This document shows positions 1 through 9,959 of a DNA stretch of 64,000 nt, one piece after another. The notes below the pieces were generated by a model. That model did not search any database. It saw only the letters and a list, made by a program, of their open reading frames with translations, and was not told the origin of the DNA. This stretch comes from an uncultured delta proteobacterium (GTDB lineage Bacteria; Myxococcota_A; Polyangia; Haliangiales; Haliangiaceae), in assembly GCA_963743525.1 (NCBI GenBank), contig CAVUQH010000003.1, positions 480,001 to 544,000 on the forward strand, in the 5' to 3' direction. The translations under genes and the position numbers were made by a program. Numbering within the stretch: the stretch's first letter is position 1; each line of letters begins with the position of its first letter.

Positions 1-1
1 C

Positions 2-550
2 TCCTACGGCGGCTTCGTCACCGCCGACTTCGGCCGCCTCTACCCGGACCGCCTGCACACCCAGACCCTGTCGGGCATCCAGCTGACCCGGACCCACCTG
101 TTCCAGATGTACCAGGAGCTGTCGCTGGCGTTCTACGAGCAGGGCGAGCCGATGTTCGACCTGTACACGCGCTACCTGTACGAGAAGATGTTCAGCGAGA
201 AGTTCCTCGAGCGCATCCACACCAAGGTCGATCGGATGCGCGAGAAGTTCTACGACAACTACCGCCGCGACGTGCGCTGTCTGGCCCGGCTGACCGAGGC
301 CCAGGACCCGTTCTTCGCCAACATCGACCGCGACATCGACGGCTACCGCGCCGTCACGGCGCCGACGCTGATCATCGCCGGCGAGCACGACCACTGCATT
401 CCCGTGTGGGCCCAGCAGAAGCTGGCCGACATCTATCCCAACAGCCGATTCCTCGGCTTGCCCGGCTGCGGTCACCTCACCTACTTCGAGGAGCCGGAGC
501 TGTTCTGGGGCAACCTCCGCGCCCTGGCCCGCAACAAGACGATCGATTAG
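2..550 (+). CDS. Alpha/beta hydrolase, 5'-truncated by the window edge
   Basis: Frame is open from base 2 (SYGGFVTADFGRLYPDR, nucleophile-elbow S-Y-G-G). Later PTLIIAGEHD (acid) and GCGHL (His) motifs. Confidence 0.85.
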   Translation, partial: SYGGFVTADFGRLYPDRLHTQTLSGIQLTRTHLFQMYQELSLAFYEQGEPMFDLYTRYLYEKMFSEKFLERIHTKVDRMREKFYDNYRRDVRCLARLTEAQDPFFANIDRDIDGYRAVTAPTLIIAGEHDHCIPVWAQQKLADIYPNSRFLGLPGCGHLTYFEEPELFWGNLRALARNKTID

Positions 551-1976
551 TCGTCGCTGCCCGCCCGCTGCTTGAGCGCGGCGAGCATGGCCTCGAGCTC
601 ATCCTCTGACGGCGGCGCTGGCTTTTTCACCCCCATGCGCTTCATGAGGGCATCGCGGCTCTCGTCCTCGGGCGCCGGCGGAGCGGTGGGGTCGGCGGCG
701 AACGCCGGCTCGGGCTCGCTCGCCATGGCCTCGCCGGCGGCGGCCGTCGCGTCGTCGGCTGCCTTGGCCGCGGCCTCTTTGCGCGCCTCGAGGGCCTGCT
801 GTTGCGCGAGCCTCTTGCGCCTGGCCAACGCCTGCGCCTGGGCGGGAGTGAGCTCGGCGGCGGTCGGCGTTTTCGCCGGGCCTTTCGTCTTCGGCGCCGC
901 CTCGACCTTCGGCTTCGCGTCCGCCTTCGCCTCCGCCGTCGGCCTTCGCCTTCGCGTCAGCCTTCGCCTTCGCGTCCGCCTTCGCCTTCGCGTCAGCCTT
1001 CGCCTTCGCCTTCGCCTCCGCCTTCGCCTCCGCCGCGGCTTCGCCTTCGCGTCCGCCTTCGCCTCCGCCCCTTCGCCTTCGCGTCAGCCTTCGCCTCCGC
1101 CTTCGCCTCCGCCTTCGCCTCCGCCTTCGCCTCCGCCTTCGCCTCCGCCTTCGCCTTCGCCTTCGCCTTCGCCTCGGCCTTCGCCTCGGCCTTCGCCTTC
1201 GCCTTCGCCGCCCGCCCGGGTCGCGTGGCCAGCGGCCGCGACACCAGCAGCAGGACGGCCCCGCCGACCGCGGTCATCCACATGCCGACGCCGCAGGTCG
1301 CCAGCGTCGGACCGAACATCGCCAGCGCCGCCACGTACGCGTCGATGGCCACGATCGCCCAGCCGGTGACCACCAGCGGGCGCTCGCGCCCCTTCTTGCG
1401 CAGCGCCGACCACACCAGCCAAACGCCGCACAGCGGCATCAGCAGTGCCAGTCCCCACAGCGGGAGCGCGGCCGGTATGCCGACGTCGAGCAGCGGTTCG
1501 TCGCCGTACAGAAGGAATCCGACCGCCGAGGCCGCGAGCAGCACGGCGCCCAGCGGCAGGTTTAGCCACGGCGCGCGCCCCAGGATACCGACCACGATCA
1601 CGGTCATCCCGGCGGCCAACGGGATGAAGTACAGCCACGGCCGGCTCGCTCCCACCAGGTACACCGCCGGGATCAACATCGCGATCGCCGTGAGCCAGCC
1701 GGTGTAGCGCGCCATCCGCCAGCGCAGTGCGCCGAGGATTCCGGTGATCAAGCCCAGCGCCGGGATTGCGGCAAGGCCGGCCCAAAGACCGCCGTCGGCT
1801 GCCAGGTTCAGGCCCGACACCCTGTCGCCGGTCGCCGGCCGATCCATCCACGGGAGAAAGAAGCCGATCGCCACCAGCGCGCCCGCTACCGCGAGCAGGG
1901 TCTCGATGCCCAGCCTGCGGCGGGTGGGCGCGGGTCGATCGGACGCGGACGCGTCCGGATGTCGGGCTTCAGCCAA
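547..1976 (-). CDS. Multi-pass membrane protein with a C-terminal Ala/Lys/Glu-rich (TolA-like) tail; frame broken inside the repeat
   Basis: ORF 993..1976 has ~7 hydrophobic segments, then AKAEAKAE repeats. The same repeat resumes in the frame of ORF 547..828 (AEAKADAKPKVEAAPK...). Indels near 937, 1035 and 1069. Confidence 0.65.
910..1210. repeat. Coding tandem repeat of 6/12-bp units (CGCCTT/CGCCTC) encoding AK/AE
   Basis: Directly visible run of gccttc/gcctcc units. Confidence 0.9.
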
Positions 1977-2152
1977 CGCCCTAAACCCTGATGGACAGGC
2001 ACCTCCGGGTCAAGGAGCCCGCGGGAGTTCCGCGCGCGACGGGTCGTCAGGTTGGGGAAGTCCCCGCAGGCCGAGGCGGCGGCCGAAAAACGCGGCCGCC
2101 CGGCGGGCGACCGCGTCATGACGACGGCGCAGGATTGCGCCGTGGTGCTCGA

Positions 2153-3850
2153 CTACTGGAGGAAGCTCAGGGCGAACCGGTTGATGGTGCCGGTGTCCTG
2201 GGCGGCGTTGTCACTGACGTGGAGGCTCCAGGTGCCGCGGGCGTTGGTGGTGCCGGCCTCGTCGGCGCTCACGGTGTAGGTCTGCTGCAGGTTGTCGGCG
2301 CTGCCGCCGGTGCGGTCCGACAGCACCTTGACCGGGCTGCCGTCGTGGAGCAGCTCCACCTTCAGGTCGCCGCGCCAGGTGTGGGTGATGTCCACGGTCA
2401 CCGAGATGCGCGAGAAGGTGATGTCCTGATCGACGGTGATGTCGCTGCTGGCGCCGTTCGGGTCGTTGTCGGGGATGTTGACCGTGTCGGTGTTGTCGAA
2501 CGAGTCACCGGCGTTGCCGGTGCCCGGGTCGGTCGGCTGGACGGGCTCACGCGACAGGCGGATGAGGGTCTGCACCTTGGCGACATCGACGTAGGGGTTG
2601 CGGCCCCAGCTCGAGCCGACGCCGGTGGGCGCCCACAGGAAGTCGGGGTGGGCGGTCTTGGACGAGCCGCAGTACTCGCCGCCGATGATCTTGCCGCGGT
2701 CGTCGACCTCGAGGATGTAGTGGTAGCTGTCGTGGCTGATGTGGCCGTTCATGCCGCGCGGCTCGGTGGACTGGTACGACTCGGTGATGTAGTCGGTGGT
2801 CAGCTTGACCTCGAACAGCTTCACCGCCTTGTCGTTGTAGGTGTAGGTGTCGCCGCTGGCGCCGATGCACTGGTTGGCCTGGGCCGGGGTGACCTCGTCC
2901 TGCTTGGTGATGTGGTAGCCGACCATCGGCTGGTTCCACACCTCGGCGCCGCCGACGCGGTCCTCGACCAGCGCCGAGTCGTTGATGCCGAGGAAGTTGG
3001 TCAGGATGACGTGCAGGGCGCCGGGGTTGACGTCCTTGCAGTCGGAGTTGGTCGGCCGGCCGACGTCGTCGTGCTCGATGGTCATGGCGTTGCAGCGGCC
3101 GCCCAGCATGGTGGCGTTGGCGCCGTCGTAGACGGTCAGGATCAGCGCCTTGATGTCGGAGACGGCGAAGGTCTGGCCCTCGTAGGTGACCGCGTGCTGC
3201 GGCTCCGGCTCGAGCAGCGCGCCCGGCGACCAGGCGTGGCACAGGCCCCACCAGCCGGCGATGCCGTCGTGGTCCGAGTAGCACTCGTTGACTTCGTTGT
3301 TGTCGTTGTCGTCGGTGCCGTTGTACATGCGCTGCGAGTTCTGGAAGCTGGTCGACTGCCACTTGGCGGCCGGGCCGGCGCAGCCGAGGTAGGTGTCCCA
3401 CTCGGCCTTGGCGTTGTCGCCGCAGCGCTTGGCCGGCATGGTGTCGCAGCCGGGCGCGCCGTTGAACGCGGCGTCGTACTTCTCGAGCGGCGACTTCTCG
3501 TCGGCGCCCTGCCAGCGGGCGTTGGTCGAGCCCTCGGCGGTCGGCCAGTAGCTGGCGGCCCAGGCGGGGACGTCGTTGGGCAGGACCTCGTAGCGGTCCT
3601 TCCACACCGGGTGGTCGAGCTTGCCGTCGAGCGGCAGCTCGGCGATGCGGTAGTTCAGGTTGTGGGCCAGGCGGACCGGATCGTTGCTGTAGTCCCAGGC
3701 GTCACCCTTGCCGCCGGTGGCGTCGGGGTTGTCGTCCTGGTCGCCCGGCAGCTGGATGTGGTCGCCGGCATCGTCGGCGACGGTGCAGGCCGTGGGGGTG
3801 GTGGAGAGGAGGGCCGTTGCGAGTGCGTAGGCGAGGGGAGTGCGTTTCAT
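2153..3850 (-). CDS. Secreted lipoprotein with a GP42/Pep-13-type transglutaminase-elicitor domain and a C-terminal proprotein-convertase P-domain
   Basis: Motifs WAASYWP, SPLEKYDAAF, WWGLCHAW (Cys-His), DIKAL, DVNPGALH, EVWNQP. C-terminal IPDN...VDITHTWRGDL...GTWSL.V.D....DTG is a P-domain. N-terminal signal with TAC lipobox. Confidence 0.85.
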   Translation of the reverse strand: MKRTPLAYALATALLSTTPTACTVADDAGDHIQLPGDQDDNPDATGGKGDAWDYSNDPVRLAHNLNYRIAELPLDGKLDHPVWKDRYEVLPNDVPAWAASYWPTAEGSTNARWQGADEKSPLEKYDAAFNGAPGCDTMPAKRCGDNAKAEWDTYLGCAGPAAKWQSTSFQNSQRMYNGTDDNDNNEVNECYSDHDGIAGWWGLCHAWSPGALLEPEPQHAVTYEGQTFAVSDIKALILTVYDGANATMLGGRCNAMTIEHDDVGRPTNSDCKDVNPGALHVILTNFLGINDSALVEDRVGGAEVWNQPMVGYHITKQDEVTPAQANQCIGASGDTYTYNDKAVKLFEVKLTTDYITESYQSTEPRGMNGHISHDSYHYILEVDDRGKIIGGEYCGSSKTAHPDFLWAPTGVGSSWGRNPYVDVAKVQTLIRLSREPVQPTDPGTGNAGDSFDNTDTVNIPDNDPNGASSDITVDQDITFSRISVTVDITHTWRGDLKVELLHDGSPVKVLSDRTGGSADNLQQTYTVSADEAGTTNARGTWSLHVSDNAAQDTGTINRFALSFLQ

Positions 3851-4052
3851 GGCCGGACGCATGAGCGAAATCGGTGCCACATGTAGGCGTTAGTAAAATC
3901 AGCATCTTGTGGGCGATCCGAAGCTAGCCGGCAAACGCCGCGGCCACCACCGGACTAGCCACCACGGTGGGTTACGGGGTCCGCTGACCCCGGACGTCCG
4001 GGACGCGTCCGGCGCACCGGACGGGCGCGACGGCGGTTCGCGTGGTTGCCCG

Positions 4053-4067
4053 CGGCACGGCGGTTGC
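4053..4067 (+). promoter_or_regulatory. Putative sigma54 (-24/-12) promoter upstream of comM/yifB
   Basis: CGGCAC-GGCGG-TTGC with exact GG-N10-GC spacing, 13 nt before the ATG at 4081. Confidence 0.5.
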
Positions 4068-4080
4068 GATGGCCGCGGGC

Positions 4081-5676
4081 ATGCTCAGCACCCTCGACTC
4101 CTGCGCCCTCTTCGGCATCGACGCCTTCCCCGTGCAGGTCGAGGTTGACGTCACCGGCGGCAACCTGCCCTCCTATCACGTGGTCGGGTTGCCGGCGACG
4201 TCGATCAAAGAGGGCGGCACCCGCATCCGCTCGGCGCTGGAGCAGATCGGCTGCGCCATGCCGGCCAAGAAGGTGACCGTCAACCTGGCGCCGGCCGACC
4301 GGCGCAAGAGCGGCGCCGCCTTCGACCTGCCGATCGCGATCGGCGTGCTCGAGGCCGACGACCTGGTCGAGCCGAGGCAGCTCGAGGGCATCCTGTGTGC
4401 GGGTGAGCTGGGGCTCGACGGCAGGCTGCGGCCGATCCGCGGCGCGCTGTCGGCGGCGATCCTGGCCCGGGCGCGGGGGCTGCGCGGCGTGCTGGTGCCG
4501 GCGGCGTCGGCGGCCGAGGCGGCGGCGGTCGACGATCTGATCGTCTACGAGGCCGAGCACCTGGGCGAGGTGGTCGCGGCGCTGCGCGGCGAGCTGCCTC
4601 TGCGGCGTCACGTCCGCGGGACCGCGCCGGCGCCGTCGTCGGGCGGACCCGACATGAGCGAGGTCCGCGGTCAGGTGATGGCGCGGGCGGCGCTGGAGAT
4701 CGCGGTCGCCGGCGGCCACAACCTCTTGATGATGGGCCCGCCCGGCATCGGCAAGACCATGCTCGCCCGGCGGCTTCCCGGTATCCTGCCGCCGCTGACC
4801 CGGGACGAGGCGCTGGAGGCGACGCAGATCTACTCCGCCGTCGGCATGGCGCCGGGCGGCATCTTGCGCGAGCGGCCGTTTCGCGCCCCGCATCACTCGA
4901 TCAGTCAGGCGGCCTTGATCGGCGGCGGCGCCCATCCGCGGCCGGGCGAGATCTCGCTGGCCCACCACGGGGTGCTGTTCCTCGACGAGATCCCCGAGTT
5001 CGCCGGCCGCGCGCTGGAGGCGCTGCGCCAGCCGCTGGAAGATCGCGCGGTCACCGTCGGACGGGTGCGCGGGACGGTGACCATGCCGGCCTCGTTCCTC
5101 CTCGTCGGCGCGGCCAATCCGTGCCCGTGCGGCTGGTCCGGCTCCGGCGAGCGCAGCTGCACCTGCAGCCCCACCCGGGTGGAGCGCTATCGCCGCCGGC
5201 TGTCGGGACCGCTGCTGGACCGCATCGATCTACAGGTGATGGTCGAGAACGTATCGCTGCTCGACCTACGCGGCGCCGGGTCGGGCGAGAGCTCGGCGGC
5301 GATCCGCGCCCGGGTGGTGGAGGCGCGCGACCGCCAGCGCACCCGGCTGGCGCCGTACGGCGCGCGGACCAACGCCGAGATGTCGGTGCGCGCCCTTCGG
5401 GCCACCTGCCGCCTCGACGGCCGGGCCGAGGAGACCCTGCGCCGGCTTCACCAGCGGCGCCGGGGGATGACCGCGCGCACCGTGGACCGGATGATCAAGG
5501 TGGCGCGGACGATCGCGGACTTACGCGGCCTCGAGGTGGTCGACGCCGGCTGCATCGGCGAGGCGGCCGCCTATCGGGCGCTGGACAACGACCCGGTCTC
5601 CGACGTGCGGCTGCGCCGGCCTGCTCGCCTCCCCCAACGACGGAGCCAGCCCGCCGCAAACATCATCAAACAGTGA
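4081..5676 (+). CDS. comM: YifB/ComM family Mg-chelatase-like AAA+ ATPase
   Basis: VTVNLAPAD.RK.G..FDLPIA, GELGLDG, Walker A GPPGIGKT, RPFRAPHHS, PGEISLAHHGVLFLDE, NPCPCG, SGPLLDRID. Confidence 0.95.
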   Translation: MLSTLDSCALFGIDAFPVQVEVDVTGGNLPSYHVVGLPATSIKEGGTRIRSALEQIGCAMPAKKVTVNLAPADRRKSGAAFDLPIAIGVLEADDLVEPRQLEGILCAGELGLDGRLRPIRGALSAAILARARGLRGVLVPAASAAEAAAVDDLIVYEAEHLGEVVAALRGELPLRRHVRGTAPAPSSGGPDMSEVRGQVMARAALEIAVAGGHNLLMMGPPGIGKTMLARRLPGILPPLTRDEALEATQIYSAVGMAPGGILRERPFRAPHHSISQAALIGGGAHPRPGEISLAHHGVLFLDEIPEFAGRALEALRQPLEDRAVTVGRVRGTVTMPASFLLVGAANPCPCGWSGSGERSCTCSPTRVERYRRRLSGPLLDRIDLQVMVENVSLLDLRGAGSGESSAAIRARVVEARDRQRTRLAPYGARTNAEMSVRALRATCRLDGRAEETLRRLHQRRRGMTARTVDRMIKVARTIADLRGLEVVDAGCIGEAAAYRALDNDPVSDVRLRRPARLPQRRSQPAANIIKQ

Positions 5677-5697
5677 GGGCGATTACCCCGGTGGAGC

Positions 5698-6522
5698 GTG
5701 GTAGGGTGCCCGGGTTTGACTCCGACGGACTACATCGAGTCTCCCGAGCTGTCGCCCATGGAGCGCCGGTTGGTGCGCGTTTGCCAGCACATCAACGAGG
5801 ATGCCCGAGCCAAACGGCTGCAGACCCGCTTCCACGAGCTGTTCGGCATGCGCTGGGTGTCGGCGTGCATGAAGAACCTGCTCGACGTCGGCGGCCTCGA
5901 GCGGATGTTCGAGCTGCGCCCCGAGCAGGGCGTGATCATCTGCTCCAACCACCGCTCGTTCTTCGACATGTACGTCATCGCGGCGGTGCTGCGCACGCGC
6001 AAGGTGCCGTGGGTGCGCGACATGTTCTTCCCGGTGCGCACGCCGTTCTTCTACGAGAAGTGGAGCGGCCTGGCGGTCAACCTGCTCATGGGCGGCGGCG
6101 CGATGTATCCGCCGATCTTCCGCGACACCGCCAAGGCCGACCTCAACAAGCTGTCGGTCGATCGCATCGTCGAGTTCTTGTCGAGGCCCGGCGTCGTCGT
6201 CGGCATGCACCCCGAGGGCACGCGTGGCAAGGGACCCGATCCGCTCGAGCTGCTCCGCGCCCAGCCGGGCGTCGGTCAGATGGCGCTGCAGTCCGGCGCC
6301 CCGGTGGTGCCGATCTGGATCGAAGGGCTGAGCAACGACATGCCGCGGCAGATCGCCTCCAACTTCGGCGTCGGTGAGGCGCGCCCGATCATCCTGCGTT
6401 TCGGCCGGCCGGTGGACCTCTCCGACCTGGCCGCGCAGCGGGCTCGGGCCACCGTCTACAAGCGCGCCGCCGACCGCATCCTCGACGCCATCCGCGAGCT
6501 CGGCCAGTCGGTTCGCGCCTAG
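5698..6522 (+). CDS. Lysophospholipid/1-acylglycerol-3-phosphate acyltransferase (PlsC family)
   Basis: NHRSFFD (HX4D) and HPEGTR motifs. Start codon uncertain. Confidence 0.88.
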   Translation: MVGCPGLTPTDYIESPELSPMERRLVRVCQHINEDARAKRLQTRFHELFGMRWVSACMKNLLDVGGLERMFELRPEQGVIICSNHRSFFDMYVIAAVLRTRKVPWVRDMFFPVRTPFFYEKWSGLAVNLLMGGGAMYPPIFRDTAKADLNKLSVDRIVEFLSRPGVVVGMHPEGTRGKGPDPLELLRAQPGVGQMALQSGAPVVPIWIEGLSNDMPRQIASNFGVGEARPIILRFGRPVDLSDLAAQRARATVYKRAADRILDAIRELGQSVRA

Positions 6523-6541
6523 CCCGGTCGAGCACCGGCGG

Positions 6542-7201
6542 CTACTGCGCGATGCACAGGCCGGTTTCGATGCCGTTGAGCGTTCCGATCGAGTGACAGG
6601 TCTGCCCGGTGTCGCAGGTGTCGTTGCCGACCACGCACAGCTTGGTGCACTGCCCGGTGCCGTCGCCGTCGGCGTCCCAGCAGCCCAGGCTCTCGATGCA
6701 CTCGGTGACGTCGTTGCAGTCCTCGTCGAGCTGGGCGTTGCCGAACCAGCCGGTCGGCACGCAGGCCGACGCCAGCATGCCGTCGCGGTCGAACTCGATC
6801 TCGCACTCGTAGCCGGCGGGGCAGGTGCCGATCGCGGTCACGTCGCAGTCGTCGTTGCAGACGTACGCGTCCCCGTTGCTCCAGCCGCACTGGGCTTCGC
6901 CCGGCCCGCCGGTGCTGCAGTCGCTGGTGTCGGTGCACAGCGTGCGACACAGACCGTCGGTGCAGCTCAGGCCCGTGGTGCAGTCGTCAACCTGGTCGCA
7001 CGGCATTCCCTCGGTGTTGGTTCCGATCGGGCGACAGGCGAGCCGTCCGGCGCCCTGGTCGAAGTCGCACATCTGCCCCTCGCCGCACGAGCCGTCGTCG
7101 GGCAGCGTGCAGTCCTTGCCCACGGGTCGGTCGATGCCGAGGATCGACGAGCAGCCCGGCAGCGCGGCCAGGAGCAGCAGCGCGGTGGCCAGGCGGCGCA
7201 C
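6542..7201 (-). CDS. Cysteine-rich repeat lipoprotein
   Basis: GTG start overlaps the upstream stop. LAALPGC lipobox and more than 20 Cys in repeated C..G..C units. Confidence 0.75.
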   Translation of the reverse strand: MRRLATALLLLAALPGCSSILGIDRPVGKDCTLPDDGSCGEGQMCDFDQGAGRLACRPIGTNTEGMPCDQVDDCTTGLSCTDGLCRTLCTDTSDCSTGGPGEAQCGWSNGDAYVCNDDCDVTAIGTCPAGYECEIEFDRDGMLASACVPTGWFGNAQLDEDCNDVTECIESLGCWDADGDGTGQCTKLCVVGNDTCDTGQTCHSIGTLNGIETGLCIAQ

Positions 7202-8265
7202 TAGAAGCGCCCTCCCACAGTCAGGCCGATGCTCTTGCGTCCGAGCACCGGCTGTACGGCGACCGCGCGCTCCGGCGCGGGCGCGGTGAGGTAGAGGACG
7301 GCCCCGGCGGCGACGACCGCGAGGCCGGCGGCGGTGAAGATGTTCGCCTGGGTGGCCCAGTCGCGCGCGCGGCTGACGATGTCGCGAGCCTCGCCGATGT
7401 CGCCGTCGCACTGGGTCACGTCGCCGCCGCACACATCGGCGGCGTCGCCGTCGAGCTTCCACGCCCACCCGCCCATGACCAGACCCGCCGCGGTGACGGC
7501 CACACCGGCACCGCCGACGATCATCCCGAGGCGGCGCCGCGAGCTCTTTTTCGGCACTGGCGGTGGGGTGGTCGGGGTCAGCACGGGATGGGTTCCATGG
7601 TCACCGGCGTCGCCACTGGCGCGGTCATCGGTGGCGGTGCTCGTCCCGGTGTCGGTGGCGGTGCTCGCGCCGGTGTCGGTCGCGGTGCCCGCTCCGGTGT
7701 CGGTCGCGGGCGCCTCGGCCAGCGGCGGGATCGCGACGGTGACCGTGTCGCCCTCCACGGTCAGCGCTACGGATCGTTTCCAGGTCGCGCGGCCGGGGGC
7801 GCGGGCGACGATCTCGTAGCTGCCGGGATCTGTCGGCGTGGGCAGGTCAACGATGGCGGTGACGTCGACCCCGCTGCGCTCGATGACCATCCCCGGCGCC
7901 TTCTCGCTGACGTGAAGCAGCAGGCGTACCAGGCGCGGCTCGAGCTGCTTGGCCCGGCGGGCGCTGTCGGCCTTGCGTCGGGCGTTGGTGTCAACCGCGG
8001 CCAGCTCGTTGAACTCGGTCCACGCCGAAGCCAGCCGGCCGAGCTTGGTGTAGCAGAGGCCGAGGTTGTACTGGGTGCCGTGTTGCGGGTCGAGCTTCTG
8101 GCTGCGCTCGAACTGCTCGCACGCCTGGGCGGTCTTGCCCTTGGCCATCAGCGCGCGCCCCTGGCGGAACGCGACCTCGGCCGCCGCCTTGTTCTCGGTC
8201 TGCGCCTGCGCGGCGCGCCCCGGCACCAGCACCCCCAGCGCGGCGATCAACACGAACACCCGCAT
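7201..8265 (-). CDS. Exported TPR plus PEGA-like protein with C-terminal hydrophobic segments
   Basis: Signal peptide MRVFVLIAALG...AQA, TPR (F.QG..L...G....AC..F..S..LDP..GT..NLG.C), PGSYEIVARAPG. Typical myxobacterial partner of a Ser/Thr kinase. Confidence 0.8.
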   Translation of the reverse strand: MRVFVLIAALGVLVPGRAAQAQTENKAAAEVAFRQGRALMAKGKTAQACEQFERSQKLDPQHGTQYNLGLCYTKLGRLASAWTEFNELAAVDTNARRKADSARRAKQLEPRLVRLLLHVSEKAPGMVIERSGVDVTAIVDLPTPTDPGSYEIVARAPGRATWKRSVALTVEGDTVTVAIPPLAEAPATDTGAGTATDTGASTATDTGTSTATDDRASGDAGDHGTHPVLTPTTPPPVPKKSSRRRLGMIVGGAGVAVTAAGLVMGGWAWKLDGDAADVCGGDVTQCDGDIGEARDIVSRARDWATQANIFTAAGLAVVAAGAVLYLTAPAPERAVAVQPVLGRKSIGLTVGGRF

Positions 8266-8288
8266 GGGCCGATGATGCCTCAAGAGTA

Positions 8289-9641
8289 CTAGTAGCGCGA
8301 GCGCGACAGGTCGTTGTCCGAGGGCGGCGGTTTCGGCGTGGGCTCGTCCACCGTCGTGCGTCGCCTGGTGCTCCGTTTCTTCACCGACTTCTTGGGCGAT
8401 TTCTTGGCCGCCGTCTGCATCGGCGGTACCGGCGCCGGCGGCTCGACGGCGGTCTTGGCCGGCAGTCCGGCGTCGATCGCGGGCGCCGCCGGGGTGGCCA
8501 CCATCGCCGGCGCCACGGCGGCGTCGCTGCCTGCCGGTGCCTGCGCCGGGGCGGCCTCGTGGCTGCCGCCGCCCGTGGTCAGTGCGATGACGGCGATGCC
8601 GCCACCGACCAGCGCGAACAGCGCCAGCACGGTGACGAACACGCGGGTCTGGCTGGCGCGGGCGCGTGCGTGGCTGGAGCCCGAGGTCGCCGCCAGGTCG
8701 TCGATCGTGCCGGGCGCCGCGCCCGCGGCGCTCACCGGCGCCGTCGGCGGTCGCGGCTGCAGCCCCATGGTCCGCGCAATTCGCGCGGCGGCGGCCTGGG
8801 CGTCGGCCGATCCGAATGGCGCCAGGTCGGCGGCGAGCTCGGCCAGGTTGGGGTAGCGGCTGCTCGGCGCCTTCTCCAGGCAGCGGGCGACCGTGGCTTC
8901 GAAGCCCGGCGCGCCCAGGCTCATCGGCGGCGTCGGATCCATGCCGATGCGCAGCGCGACCTCGGTGATCGTATCGGCCGCGAACGGCTGCCGGCCGACG
9001 GTCAGCTCGTAGAGGATCACGCCCAGCGACCAGATGTCGGAGCGGGCGTCGCAGTCGCGCGCCGAACGCAGCGCCTCGGGCGACATGTAGACCGGCGAGC
9101 CCATCACCGTATCGGTGCGGGTCAGCTCGAAGCCCGGGTCGCCCGGGCTGGCCTTGGAGATGCCGAAGTCGAGCACCTTGATCAACGGGGAGCCGTCGGT
9201 GCGCTGGGTGCGAAACAGGTTGGCGGGCTTGAGGTCGCGGTGGACGATGCCGGCGGCGTGGGCCTCGGCGATCGCCTCGCACGCCTGCAGGACGTAGTCG
9301 ACCGCTTCGGTGACCCGCAGCCGCCCGTGGTGGCGCAGCATCTGCGCCAGGTCGGAGCCCTCGAGGAACTCCATGACCATGTACGGGGTGCCGTCCGGAG
9401 TCTCGCCGACATCGATGACCCGACCGACGTGCTCGCTGCGCAACATGGCCGACGCCCGCGCCTCGCGCAGGAACCGCTCGACCGCGTCGCGGTTGCTCAG
9501 CGCCTCGGGATGGAGGAACTTGATCGCGACCCGCTGGCCCAGGGTGCGGTGAACGGCGGCCACGACGTATCCCATCCCGCCTTCGCCGAGCGTCTGCTCG
9601 ATCTCGTACTTGTCCGCAAGGACCACCCCCGGCTCCACCAT
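8289..9641 (-). CDS. Membrane-anchored Ser/Thr protein kinase
   Basis: LGEGGMG, VAIK, HRDLKPAN, DFG, GSPVYMSPE, DIWSLG. One TM helix and a Pro/Ala/Lys tail. Confidence 0.95.
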   Translation of the reverse strand: MVEPGVVLADKYEIEQTLGEGGMGYVVAAVHRTLGQRVAIKFLHPEALSNRDAVERFLREARASAMLRSEHVGRVIDVGETPDGTPYMVMEFLEGSDLAQMLRHHGRLRVTEAVDYVLQACEAIAEAHAAGIVHRDLKPANLFRTQRTDGSPLIKVLDFGISKASPGDPGFELTRTDTVMGSPVYMSPEALRSARDCDARSDIWSLGVILYELTVGRQPFAADTITEVALRIGMDPTPPMSLGAPGFEATVARCLEKAPSSRYPNLAELAADLAPFGSADAQAAAARIARTMGLQPRPPTAPVSAAGAAPGTIDDLAATSGSSHARARASQTRVFVTVLALFALVGGGIAVIALTTGGGSHEAAPAQAPAGSDAAVAPAMVATPAAPAIDAGLPAKTAVEPPAPVPPMQTAAKKSPKKSVKKRSTRRRTTVDEPTPKPPPSDNDLSRSRY

Positions 9642-9926
9642 CTGTCCGGAGGATAGGCGAAAAGCAGTCGCGGGCGCCCGCAATTTGCGGAATCGCCCCG
9701 GCTGACAGCGGCGCGGTGGGCGTTGCTCACCGCGCGGTCAACGACCTGGAGCGGCGTCGATGCGCCGCATGGGTGAGGCGGCTCTCCCGCCACGCCGCGG
9801 CGTTACGACCCATGGTCACTCGAGTTGCCGGTGCGTCACGATTGCACAGTGCGACGTCCCGGTATCACGTCTCATGAGACGCGCACTCGCGAGCGGTGCA
9901 CGGGAAGAATCGCTCGACTTGCGGAC

Positions 9927-9959
9927 AAAAAAAGAGCCACCGCGGGGAGGCGGTGGCTC
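9927..9959 (-). terminator. Rho-independent terminator
   Basis: Perfect 10-bp stem GAGCCACCGC (9934-9943) / GCGGTGGCTC (9950-9959), followed on the minus strand by 7 U (A run 9927-9933). Confidence 0.85.

Noticed and set aside
910..1210. Possible CRISPR array or other spaced repeat
   Set aside because: The units are contiguous 6/12-mers with no unique spacers, and no cas genes are present in the window.
4081..5676. Magnesium chelatase or photosynthesis gene
   Set aside because: The Lon-like N-terminus and Zn-binding NPCPCG identify the YifB/ComM family, and no bch/chl genes are nearby.
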